The notes below the pieces were generated by a model that was not told where the DNA came from, did not search any database, and was given only the letters and a program-made list of their open reading frames with translations. A stretch of DNA of 63,149 nucleotides, counting the filler, from Octopus bimaculoides (lineage: Eukaryota): assembly GCF_001194135.2 (NCBI RefSeq). It is 3 parts of 3 records of this genome, joined end to end, with 100 filler letters (N's around TTAATTAATTAA, not from the genome) between each part and the next. Parts side by side here need not be neighbours in the genome. Positions count along the whole stretch, not along the records: positions 1 to 29,975 come from NC_068992.1; 2 more parts are not named here. One strand, written 5' to 3'. Made by a program: the position numbers and the translations under genes. Positions 1 to 11,233 of this stretch are shown here, in pieces; position 1 is the stretch's first letter, and each line of letters begins with the position of its first letter.

Positions 1-41
<41 letters not shown>

Positions 42-295
42 GAGAGAGAGATACATACATATACATACATACACACACAGCCATATATGTTTATGTAGAT
101 AGGTATGCATATAGAAATATACACATACAAATGCATATATAGATATAGATAAAGTTATAGATAAATAGATATGTATAATTATATATGCATATATTAATAT
201 AAATATACATGTATATGTATATATGTATGTATATATATATGTATATATTTAAGTTGGCATATATTATACCTCTCATAAGTGTGTGTGTGTATATA

Positions 296-354
<59 letters not shown>

Positions 355-564
355 ATTATATATATATATATATAGGGAGAGAGAGAAAGAGAGGCACAAG
401 TTGATAATAGATATGTATGAGTGTGTGTGTGTGCATGTGTGTGCATGCACGTATGTGTGTGTATATATAATAAATATATAATGCATAAAGATACATACAC
501 ATATCTATATATATACATATGTATATGTAGATACACACACATGCTGATACACACACACACACAC

Positions 565-600
<36 letters not shown>

Positions 601-620
601 TTGTATAAGTACATATGAAT
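1..620. repeat. Compound (AT)n/(AC)n/(GT)n microsatellite tract
   Basis: Alternating TA, CA and TG runs. The YI/HT/CV-rich ORFs here are artefacts of the repeat. Confidence 0.97.
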
Positions 621-1115
621 ATATGTTTGTTCCTAACCTACATTATATGTGTCTTTGTGGGATTATCTATGAGTGCCTATCTAAATTTACATAATCATAT
701 GAATTTATAAACAAATCGGAAACAAACGAAAACAACAAAAAAAAAACAAGCAAACCGGGCAATTCCATTTAATAAATAACTGAAAGCTAAACAAACACAA
801 ATGAATAAAAAAAAAAGTAAATAAAATATTGGTAAATATCCTATAATGCTTTTCATTTCTAGAAATACTAAATTATTCCATTGAAAAATATGAAATACCA
901 AATATTAAATTTCTATTTCAGGGCCTTGTGATGCCGTTATCGAAATGTTCCTAATGCATCCACCTTATTTATTTATATGTTAACATTTCTGATTTCGTAT
1001 ACATCAACTTAAAAGGATGTCTATATATTTCTTATGTTTTATTGTTTTATTATCATTAAATTTCATTTCATTCATTTCGTTCTGTTTGTTCTTTTTTTGT
1101 TTTTGTTTTTGTATC

Positions 1116-1600
1116 ATCATCGTCGTCATCAATCATCACCACCACCATCATCATCATCATCATCATCATCACCATCACCATCACCATCATCATCATCATC
1201 ACCATCACCATCATCATCATCATCAAAATCGTCATTACTGTCACCGAGAGTGTTGGAATAGTTAAAACTGGTGTATAGTTTTTGCATTCTAACTTTTATA
1301 TATCTTGTCCACAGTTGATTTTTTCGGTCTTGTGTGATTCTGGAGCTTATCGCAGCAGCACTAGTCATACACCGAGGTGTACTCAGTCAATAATATTCAT
1401 TTCCTGAAGTCTGTGGCCTTCATTGAAACATCATCGTCATCATCATCATCATCATCATTATCATTGCCATTATTGTCATTGTCATCATCATCGTCGTCGT
1501 CGTCATCATCGTCATCATATCATCATCATCATTGCTGTCATCGCCGTCGACATCATCATCATCATCATCATCATTTTCACCATCAACATCATTATTACGA
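1116..1600. repeat. Two (CAT/CAC/CGT)n trinucleotide tracts (~1116-1225 and ~1430-1600)
   Basis: Direct reading of catcatcat/caccat runs. Confidence 0.93.
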
Positions 1601-1795
1601 TAATCGATAGAGCACCAGACGAAATGCCTTCTGGTATTCCAGTCTTATATATCTTGAATTCAAATCCTGCCGGGGTCAATTATGCCCTTCATTCCTGCCC
1701 CTCAATATAAAGTACCAGTCAGATACTGGGATCAATGGTGTGAGTCAATCCACAACTCTTAAAATTGCTGACCTTGTTCCAAAATCACAAATAAT
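1600..1795 (+). mobile_element. Old, diverged SINE family A copy (tail type 3)
   Basis: Aligns to other A copies: gcaccagacgaaatgc...gaattcaaatcctgccggggtcaa...aagtaccagt...aaaattgctgaccttgttccaaaa. Confidence 0.7.
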
Positions 1796-1811
1796 TATCA
1801 TCATCATCATC

Positions 1812-1843
<32 letters not shown>

Positions 1844-1996
1844 CATTGATCCAACTCATGATGGTATGAAATTCAGATGTGAAATGATGGCGATGAAAAT
1901 GAAGATTACCGTAAGTAAGTTTGCGCATGATTTTGGCTTTTGGGTTTGTTGGCGATGAATTTATTGGCTAATAAGCATAATCTTGTCATATAAGTA

Positions 1997-2040
<44 letters not shown>

Positions 2041-2452
2041 CATAATGTGGAAGGTTGAAAAGGAACACATGAGTTGATATATATATGGAAAAAAGTCAGA
2101 ATTTATTTGTTTGAACATTAATGTTTAATAACTAATTTTATACAAAAAGTTTTAATTCAAATTAAATCAATATGATATGAAATACATTTTTTGTTATATT
2201 TAAATTATAAATATATTTTTGTCTTCATTGCATCATTTATAATATTGTCTCATAAAACATTCTATTGTCTTAATATATAAAAAAATTTGGTTTGTGTAAA
2301 GTTTGTTTCAGTTTAATCCTGTAAAATTACAGGCAAACAATTTATGTTAAATTATTTTTTAAATTTCCCATTCTGTATCTTCTTTGATAACATAAGACAG
2401 TTGTATGCATATTATGTATATAATTATGTGTATGTGTCTACTCAAGACCTTG

Positions 2453-2832
2453 GCACGCCGTCGGTTATGACGATGAGGGTTCCAGTTGATCCGATCAATG
2501 GAACAGCCTGCTCGTGAAATTAACGTGCAAGTGGCTGAGCACTCCACAGACATGTGTAACCTTAACATAGTTCTCAGAGAGATCCAGTGCGACACAGAGT
2601 ATGACAAGGCTGGTCCTTTGAAATACAGGTACAACAGAAAGAGGAAGTAAGAGTGAGAGAAAGTTGTGATGAAAGAGTACAGCAGGGTTCGCCACCATCC
2701 CCTGTCGGAGCCTCATGGAACTTTGGGTGTTTTTGCTCAATAAACACTCACAACGCCAGGTCTGGGAATCGAAACCGCGATCTTATGACCGTGAGTCCGC
2801 AGCCCTAAACACTGGGCCATTGCGCCTCCACG
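2453..2832 (-). mobile_element. tRNA-headed SINE family C, full length, 10-bp TSD
   Basis: Reverse complement starts ggaggcgcaatggcccagtg (A box) with a gtttcgattcc B box; homologous to 12535, 14375 and 24001. CAAGACCTTG at 2443-2452 and 2833-2842. Confidence 0.92.
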
Positions 2833-3591
2833 CAAGACCTTGACTCACCGAGAAAAAAAAAAATTAAAGCATGATTTAGAATTTGAAAATCAGATACCAA
2901 AATTTTAAACTTTTTTTTTATAATTTTATTATAAAGAGAAGTTTCTGGACTTTGAAACTTTCTATAAACTCTCAAAGAAAGAAGTTAAAAACAACCAATG
3001 AAATAGAACAGTAGAGACAGAGACATAATGCCAGAAATTAAACTAACCAAAATTGGAGAGCGTGCCAAAGATAAGAACAGCAGAGAGAATGACTTGGTGC
3101 TAAAAGAAAGCAGCCAAAAGCCAAAAAAATAAGAGAGACTTAAGAAAAAACCCGTTAAATCAAATTAGTAAAGGAGCCAATTAATAGAAAAAATTAACAA
3201 ATTTAGTTTATCAATAAAACGCAATTATTCAACATTGCTTAATTTTACAGCCTTTTGCAATGAATCCTTCTATTTTTAAGACATTTGATAGGGGTTTGAC
3301 TATTATTTCTAGGCATCTGCACTGAGTCGTCCATCATAGTTAATTAACGAGTGGGGTGGTGTACAGTAGTGTCTCTCGCAAAAACCATTAGAAAACAACA
3401 GCTCAGGTCACCACACAGCCATGCTAGAAATTAAGGCAAAAATTAAATAAAATGTCAAATCAAATAAAGAAATTTGTTAAAGATATGAAAAACATCCCTG
3501 AATATTCTTCATATATGTAAACAAAAGAGGGAATACAAAGTGTATAATAAACGCCACAGTCATTTCTATTCCACCAACAGCATTATTTCAA

Positions 3592-3946
3592 TACAGTTCT
3601 ATATTTAAGAGATGAGGAATGATGTATATTTTTTACATTATTTACGTTATTTACATTTGACGGACATTTGTCCTCATCTTGTTTGTTGTTAATACAAAGT
3701 TTCGGCTGATACACTCTCCAGCCTTCCTCAGGTGTCTCAGGGAAATTTCGAACCTGGGTTCTGATTCCGAAGGTATTTTTCGATGTTATTATTATTATCA
3801 TTATTATTATTCAGGTCACTGCTTGGAATCGAACTTGGAATCTTGAGGTTAGTAGCCTGCGTTCTTAACCACTGTAGGCATATGGGGTAGTGGTTAAGAG
3901 CACGGGCTACTAACCCCGAGATTCCAAATTCGATTCCAGGCAGTGA

Positions 3947-3984
<38 letters not shown>

Positions 3985-4325
3985 GCATAGAGAATAAGAA
4001 GCCAGACATGCGAAAAGGAAGAAAGAAAAGTCGAGAGATACGACAGGTTAGCTTGGGAAGTTAAGCAGTTGTGGTCGATGAAAAAGGTAGCAGTAGTACC
4101 AATAATTGTCGGAGTCCTGGGAACAGTGAGCAAAAATCTCGAGAAGTATGTGGGACAAATAGGGGCTGCAATAAGGGTGGAGCACTTGCAGAAAACAGCA
4201 CTGCTTGGAACCGCTAGAATACTCTGGAAGGTGCTCGAAAAATAAGAGCTGTTACTTTACTTCACTGGTAATGAACAGCTGACACTGTAGAACATCTCCA
4301 GCGTTAGAAGCTGTGCAAAGGCAAC

Positions 4326-4371
<46 letters not shown>

Positions 4372-4466
4372 TCGAAAAATACCTTAGGAATGAGAACCCA
4401 GGTTCAAAATTTCCCCAAGATGCCTGATGAAGGCTGGAGGGTATATCCGTCAAATGTAAATAACAT
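3592..4466. mobile_element. Family D palindromic element: two head-to-head tRNA-head/(AAT)n/hammerhead/tail arms, right arm interrupted by an R4/Dong fragment
   Basis: The left arm (3592-3875, minus) is the reverse complement of the right arm (3878-3983 plus 4325-4466). Direct repeat CATTATTTCAA at 3581-3591 and 4467-4477. Confidence 0.88.
3984..4324 (+). pseudogene. 3' fragment of an R4/Dong-clade non-LTR retrotransposon (restriction-like endonuclease C-terminus)
   Basis: 4018-4245 translates EERKVERYDRLAWEVKQLWSMKKVAVVPIIVGVLGTVSKNLEKYVGQIGAAIRVEHLQKTALLGTARILWKVLEK*, a typical R4/Dong C-terminus. KPD motif just upstream; (TAA)n on both sides. Confidence 0.85.
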
Positions 4467-4882
4467 CATTATTTCAAATCTAGAACTCCCAGACTTATTT
4501 ATTTACTCATAGAACTAAGGCTACAAGGCTGTTGTTTCTCATGTCTGATTTAGTTTCAGTTGTAGTCGAGTGGTCACTTGATCACTGAGTTTTTCCTTCT
4601 TTTGTGAGAGTTATATTTATCTTCTGGAGTGATTTTGATTACACAAGTATGTCTATTGGCTTATTTCCGGATAGAATATCATAATTGGTGATTTGGCACC
4701 ATTTCAGTCATCAGTTTTTATCTTCTCTTTTCTTTTTCTTTTTCTTTTCTTCCTGATAGACATTTAAGGTAACTGATTTATTCACTAATTCTGAATCTCT
4801 TAAACCACAACATCGCAAATGCTGCAGAGTAAGCCAAGACAGGAGTCTTGTAGGCGGTCAAAAACCGAGCTAGAAATACCAG

Positions 4883-5117
4883 GCGAGCTGGCAGAAACGT
4901 TAGCGCGCCAGGCGAAATGCTTAGCGGTATTTCATCTATTGTTACGTTCTGAGTTCAAATTCTGCCGAGGTCGACTTTGCCTTTCATCCTTTCGGAGTCG
5001 ATAAATTAAGTACCAGTTACGCACTGAGGGTCAATGTAATTGACTTAATCCCTTTGTCTGTCCTTCGTTGTCCCCTCTATGTTTAGCCCCTTGTGGGCAA
5101 TAAAGAAATAAGAAATA
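4883..5117 (+). mobile_element. SINE family A, full length (tail type 1)
   Basis: ggcgagctggcagaaacgttagc...gagttcaaattc (B box)...agccccttgtgggcaataaagaaataagaa; many homologues in the window. Confidence 0.93.
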
Positions 5118-5397
5118 CCAGGTGAATTTCACACAAATGTGGAAAAGGACACATTGGGAAATGTACTCCAAGGTAGCCCACACATAAGGAAAATCCTAGG
5201 AACATGATGACTGTAATGACATTAGGAATAGCTGTTTTAACAGTAGCGGTCAAAAAGCTAAATAGAATATGTGATTCACAGGATTTGCTGACTGTTTTCT
5301 TTTTTTTTTTTCTTGTTTTAATCACCAAGAATTTGCTGAGCATGGATGAAATTCTGCTTTGGTTAAATTATTCCATTTAAATAAAGCACCATCCAAG

Positions 5398-5833
5398 CAT
5401 GATCATTGCCAGAGCAGCTGACTGGTTTCCGTGCTGGTGGCACATAAGAAGCACCATTTGAGTGTGATCGTTACCAGCATCGCCTTACTGGCACTTGTGC
5501 CAGTGGCATGTGAAAAAACATTCGAGCGAGGTCGTTGCCAGTGCCGCTGGACTGGCTCCTGTGCTGGTGGCATGTAAAAAACACCATTTGAGCATGGCCA
5601 TTGCCAGTACCGCCTGACTGGCCCTCGTGCCAGTGACACATAAAAGCACCCACTACAGTCTCAGAGTGGTTGGCGTTAGGAAGGGCATCCAGCTGTAGAA
5701 ACTCTGCCAGATCAGATTGGAGCCTTGTGTAGCCATCTGGTTTGCTAATCCTCAGTCTAATCATCCAACCCATGCCAGTATGGAAAGCAGACGTTAAATG
5801 ATGATGAAGATGATGAAGATGATGATGATGATG
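5398..5833 (+). mobile_element. Family E repeat (probable RTE-type 3' end or SINE) with four ~65-bp internal tandem units and (GAT)n tail
   Basis: Units start near 5408, 5474, 5538 and 5604. Ends ccaacccatgccagtatggaaagcagacgttaaatgatgatga; homologues at 5953, 11565 and 23213. Confidence 0.85.
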
Positions 5834-5952
5834 TATGGTTATTATGGAAGGCATTTAAATACATAGAGCTGCTTAGATGTAGAACTAAATACTTTATAAT
5901 AGAGCTTGATATATTTGAGAGTAAAAAACCTTGCCCAGATATTAATATATAT

Positions 5953-6148
5953 CACCATCTTCATCATCTAACATCTGTTTTCCATGCTGGCATGAGCTGG
6001 ATGGTTTGACAGGATCTGGCAAGGTCAGGAGCTGCACTGGGTTCCAGACTCTGTTTTGGCATGGTTTCTACAGCTGGATACCCTTCCTAATGCCAACCAC
6101 TTTACGGATTGTGTTGAGTGCTTTTTACATGGCACCAGCACTAGAACT
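5953..6148 (-). mobile_element. Family E repeat, truncated, inverted relative to the adjacent copy
   Basis: catcatctaacatctgttttccatgctggcatgagctgg...gatacccttcctaatgccaaccac is the reverse complement of the E tail. Confidence 0.85.
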
Positions 6149-6275
6149 GACAGGGTTACCGAATACCTTGCAAGATAAAACCACATATATATAAAAACAT
6201 ATGTTACCTTCACTAAGTTTTTACATTGAATACATAGAGACATTCTTTTGCACTCTTTCCTTTACACACACTCAC

Positions 6276-6338
6276 AAACGCTTTCCTAATTAGGATTTCC
6301 GCCGAAGCCATCTTGAATGCATTAAATCTAAAATATAC
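6276..6338 (-). CDS. Candidate 63-nt exon (VYFRFNAFKMASAEILIRKAF), product unknown
   Basis: Minus strand: ttttcttatttcag| acceptor, open phase-0 frame containing aagATGGCT, then a |gtgagt donor. No homology recognised. Confidence 0.22.
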
Positions 6339-7019
6339 CTGAAATAAGAAAATTAGATGACATCACCTAAAACCTGACACATCCTTAAATACATTTTTAT
6401 GAGAAGTGCAATAATAAAATTCCTATTTCAATCCAAATGAATTTTCTGAAATTAAAATACCAATACACGATTTATCTATTTATTTAATTCACTCCATTGA
6501 CAGCTACAATAAGTTTGTATACCGTCATCAGTTAGTTTTTGCATCGGATTTTTCCCTTCATTTTCTGTTTATTATTATTATTATTATTGTTATTATTATT
6601 ATTATTATTATTTAACAGGACTGACATTTTAATGAATTTTCTTAAAGTAAAGAATGCCATTGAAATGGCTTGGAACATTATAGTTGTGACAGGCTGGAAT
6701 TAAGTTGAAGACTTTGAATGGTGCAAATAAATATATTGCTTTGTATTTAGTACACAAATACTTTCCAATAATGCTTATTTGGCAAAGAAAATTTTCTAAA
6801 AACTTCGGAGTTCATCGTGTGAATGATAAGAGCAGAAAATAAATGGCCTATAATTAACGATGTGCTCTTATGTGTTGATAAACATGTCAATGATACAAAA
6901 TGGCAGAAAACTTGCAGTTTGTCTCATTAAAGTGCCCCAGGGTAAAAGTAAATAAACTGAGTTTTCATTGTTTATGTGATGTCTCCGTCAACCCAAGAAA
7001 TAAATGTGAATATATAGAT

Positions 7020-7120
7020 GGAGGAGTGGCTGTGTGGTAAGAAGCTTGCTTACCAACCACATGGTTCTGGGTTCAGTCCCACTGGGTGGTATCTTGGGCA
7101 AGTGTCTTCTGGTATAGCCT
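7020..7120 (+). mobile_element. SINE family B 5' (tRNA-like) head fragment
   Basis: ggagtggctgtgtggtaagaagcttgcttaccaaccacatggttctgggttcagtccc, with A and B boxes. Confidence 0.88.
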
Positions 7121-7524
7121 AACCCTAACCCAATGTCAATATTACCCATTTTCTCAAGGTCTTGTATTTTAATCAGGTGAAAATTTCCTGTAATTTCCAT
7201 TCAGAAGTGAACGTGTTTATTAGAAAAATAGTAACTAGAGAATACTAAATTACCAAATCAAAATAACTGAAGCAAAAATGGCAAAATAGAGAGAAGAAAA
7301 TAATATCATTGACAGGTGAGAATAGCAAACTTACAACTTGTCTAGATAAAGACTACAAGAACGAAAGGTGTGTGGTGTCAGATCAATTAATGTCTTATTT
7401 AGCAAATGTCTGAGTTAAATAAAAGATTAAGATGTATGAAAAAGAAACGAGAGAGATTCAGGTGCAAAAATGAAGAATTTAGGATAGCAAAAGAGTGGAG
7501 AAAAGGATGAATGTATATATTATT

Positions 7525-7935
7525 TTCTATTCTAGGCACAAGGGTTGAAATTTTGGGGCAGTCGATTAGATCGACCCCCAGTATGCAACTGGTATTTAAT
7601 TTATCAACTCCAAAAGGATAAAAGGTAAAGTTGACCTTGGTGGAATTTGAACTCAGAATGTAAAGACAGATGAAATACTGCTAAGCATTTCGCCCGGCGT
7701 GCTAACGTTTCCGCCAGCTCGCTGCATTAGCAATTGAAAATATTCCTTTCTACTCTAGACACAAGGCCTGAAATTTTGGGGGAGGGGACCAATCAATTAG
7801 ATCGACCCCAGCATGCAACTGGTACGTAATTTATTGACCCTGAAAGGATGAAATGCGAAGTCGATCTCGGTGGAATTTGAACTCAGAACTAAGCATTTCA
7901 CCCAGTGTGCTAACGCTTCTGCCAGCTCGCTGCCT
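7525..7935 (-). mobile_element. Two head-to-tail SINE family A copies (tail type 2), ~7525-7725 and ~7745-7935
   Basis: Both carry tctaggcacaagg...gaaattttgggg...gaatttgaactcagaa...ccagctcgctgc. Confidence 0.9.
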
Positions 7936-7952
7936 TAATGAATATATATATT

Positions 7953-7984
<32 letters not shown>

Positions 7985-7987
<3 letters not shown>

Positions 7988-8046
7988 CACAGGCGTGGCT
8001 GTGTGGTTAGTAGCTTGCTTCCCAACCACATGGTTCCAAGTTCAGT
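7985..8046 (+). mobile_element. SINE family B head, running into a gap
   Basis: aggcacaggcgtggctgtgtggttagtagcttgcttcccaaccacatgg. Confidence 0.85.
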
Positions 8047-8415
8047 NNNNNNNNNNNNNNNNNNNNNNNNNNNNNNNNNNNNNNNNNNNNNNNNNNNNNN
8101 NNNNNNNNNNNNNNNNNNNNNNNNNNNNNNNNNNNNNNNNNNNNNNNNNNNNNNNNNNNNNNNNNNNNNNNNNNNNNNNNNNNNNNNNNNNNNNNNNNNN
8201 NNNNNNNNNNNNNNNNNNNNNNNNNNNNNNNNNNNNNNNNNNNNNNNNNNNNNNNNNNNNNNNNNNNNNNNNNNNNNNNNNNNNNNNNNNNGAACATGAA
8301 ATAAAGACTCTTGCTCAAGAACACAATGCTTCACCGGGAATTGAACTCACTTCATCCATATATATATATATATATAGATATATTGGCTAAACTGGCAACA
8401 TGACCATCCCCAAAT

Positions 8416-8462
<47 letters not shown>

Positions 8463-8635
8463 TTTAGATACATACACACGCACACATGCATACACACACA
8501 TATATATATATAAATATATGTATGTGTATACTCGCATACAGAGAGGGAGAGGGGGCATGTCTACACATGTGTATGTGTGCATGTGTGTATATGTATGTGT
8601 AAGTGCCTTCGTTTATTTGCATATATGTGTGTTAT

Positions 8636-8848
8636 TTCTTTACTACCCACAAGGGGCTACACACAGAGGGGACAAACAAGGACAGACAAACGGATTAAGT
8701 CGATTATATCGACCCCAGTGCGTAACTGGTACTTATTTAATCGACCCCGAAAGGATGAAAGGCAAAGTCGACCTCGGCGGAATTTGAACTCAGAACGTAG
8801 CGGCAGACGAAATACCGCTAAGCATTTCACCCGGCGTGCTAACGTTTC
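8636..8848 (-). mobile_element. SINE family A (tail type 1), lacking the first ~15 nt
   Basis: Reverse complement of the 4883 copy at high identity. Confidence 0.92.
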
Positions 8849-10019
8849 TGTATATATGTGTGTGTGTGTGTGAGTTTGTCTGTATGTGTGTGCGGGAGTT
8901 TGTCTGTATGTGTGTTTGTATGTGTCCATGCGTGTTTGCAAATGATGGAGGGAAGGCTAAGCGTTTGAATGGAAGTGATAAGGATGAAATGCATTCAGGG
9001 AAACAGAAAATGTTGAATGTCAAGACTCAAAGAATGTATTATTTCTCAGTAGACAACTGGTATTTACAGCAGAGATAGAAGGAAAAAAAAAAATACAAAT
9101 ATAAACCCCAACAAGCAAACTTTAAAGCCTCAAGTAACCTTTAGTTAAACATATAAGACATAGCTTATCAAGAGACCAGCATCCATTTATATTAACAACT
9201 ATACAACTATTTATGTTGTATAGGGCTAGGTTTTCTTATGGTTTGAAAGGAATCTAGATTCTTCCAAAACAAATACAAGAAAGACAAAAGAACACATACA
9301 TTTAGTAAAACATACATAAGACACACTCAGAACGTCTAATGTTACGCTTAGTTACACTTGAATGGATGCTTGATAAATGTAATGGTTTTGTATTTCATTG
9401 CTTAGAACATAAAAGTGGTTACAATGAAACACTTCAAAACTAGAAATACACATCTATTAACATATAATTAACATATAATTAGCATACCATTAACATATAT
9501 TATTCATTTCTATTTTTTGTGCTTACTTCATATTTGTCTAGCTATTGAACAAATTGAGTTTAAAGAGATATATAAAATAGGTTTCCCAGCCATAAAAGCA
9601 TGCATATATGTATATTAATACATTTCAGTAAATATAAATGTTATAAATATTTGCATATACAATATGCAAATCACCCATATATCGTACTGATCTCCATGCA
9701 CTTTAACTAATTTATGTAAATAATTTAGTAGTTCACCAAGTTTTCAGTCATTTCAAGCTTAAAAATCGAATGAACACAAAATATTCTGTGTGGTCATAAC
9801 TCCTCAGCTCTATCGAATTATTATTATTGATTTTCGCCTTATCATGGCTTAAGGTCTCTAAAACCGGCAGCAAGCAGAGGATGGGTGTTTCTCTGATAAA
9901 TCCTGAATTCTAGGGATAAGTCTACCTCGTACCGAACCGTGGTTTTTTTTGCCGTCATGACATCTACAGCATGAACGACTGTTGTTATTATAAATCAAAC
10001 ACCACCACAATGATAATAA

Positions 10020-10780
10020 CAATAATAATCGTTGTCATCGTCATCACCACCACTCATCATCATTATCATCAGTAGCATCATCATCATCGCCACCATCCGT
10101 CATCATCATCATCATTATCATCATCATCATCATCGTCATTATTATCAGCATCATCATCACCATCATCGTCGTCACCACCACTACCACCACCACCACCACC
10201 ACCATCATACCACCATCACCACCACCATAATCATCATCGTCATCGTCACCATCATTGTTACACTCCTTCATCATCGTCATCATCATCATCACCGTCACCA
10301 CCATCATCATCATCACCACCGAATGCAGCCGTCAATGACGAAAGCACAAACCATGCCAAACACACACACTCTGCTGTTATGATTAGTCTTCCATTCTTTG
10401 ATAAATTAACTCCTNNNNNNNNNNNNNNNNNNNNNNNNNNCACCACCACCACCACCACCACCAAAACCCCCACCACCACCATCACCACCACCACCACCAC
10501 TACTATCACCACCACCGCCGCCACCACCATCATCATCATCACCACCGAATGCAGCCGTCAATGACGAAAGCACAAACCATGCCAAACACACACACTCTGC
10601 TGTTATGATTAGTCTTCCATTCTTTGATAAATTAACTCCTGCCAGCTCAGTGATGCTATTTTATGGTACAGCATCACACAATCAATATTTCTCTGCTGCA
10701 CAATTTTTGTTTTGTAGCCATTGAAAAAGAAATTATTTCACACATTTGTCAAGATCCATTTCTCCTATTACCCTCTTCGA

Positions 10781-10868
<88 letters not shown>

Positions 10869-10910
10869 TTCATCATCATCATCATCAGCAGCAGCAGCAG
10901 TAGCAGCAGC
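10020..10910. repeat. Cluster of (CAT)n/(CAC)n/(CAG)n tracts around a 94-bp duplicated unique segment
   Basis: 10321-10414 is repeated at 10547-10640 across a small gap; long trinucleotide runs flank it. Confidence 0.9.
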
Positions 10911-10954
10911 ATTATCCTATTTATCATCTCTATGATCATGTTAGCTTTTACTTT

Positions 10955-11233
10955 GTATCTCTTGGCTATTTCAGTCATTAGACTGTGGCCATGATGGGGC
11001 ACTGACTAGGAGAATTTTTGAGTCGAATGAATTGACCCCAGTACTTGTATTTTGTTTCTTTTTTTTCCTTTTGCTGGTAACTTATTCTATCAGTCCGTTT
11101 TGCTGAACTGCTAAGACAAGGGGACGTAAATACACCAACACCTGGTTTCATGTGGTGGAATAGAAGGACAAACACACATAAACATCACACACACATGATG
11201 GGCTTCTTTCAGTTTCCATCTACTAAATCCACT
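10955..11233 (-). mobile_element. SINE family B, 3' two-thirds, cut at 11233 by a family D insertion
   Basis: tttcagtcattagactgtggccatg...gggcttctttcagtttccatctactaaatccact matches the 21022 copy. Confidence 0.82.

Noticed and set aside
91-618. Long YI/HT/CV-rich ORFs here and at 22014, 27675, 28676, 37555, 38202, 47626 and 53160
   Set aside because: They are translations of di-, tri- and tetranucleotide microsatellites, open in several frames on both strands.
3880-3950. Functional tRNA genes in the heads of families A-D and H
   Set aside because: Acceptor stems are incomplete and each continues into a shared repeat body; they are SINE heads.
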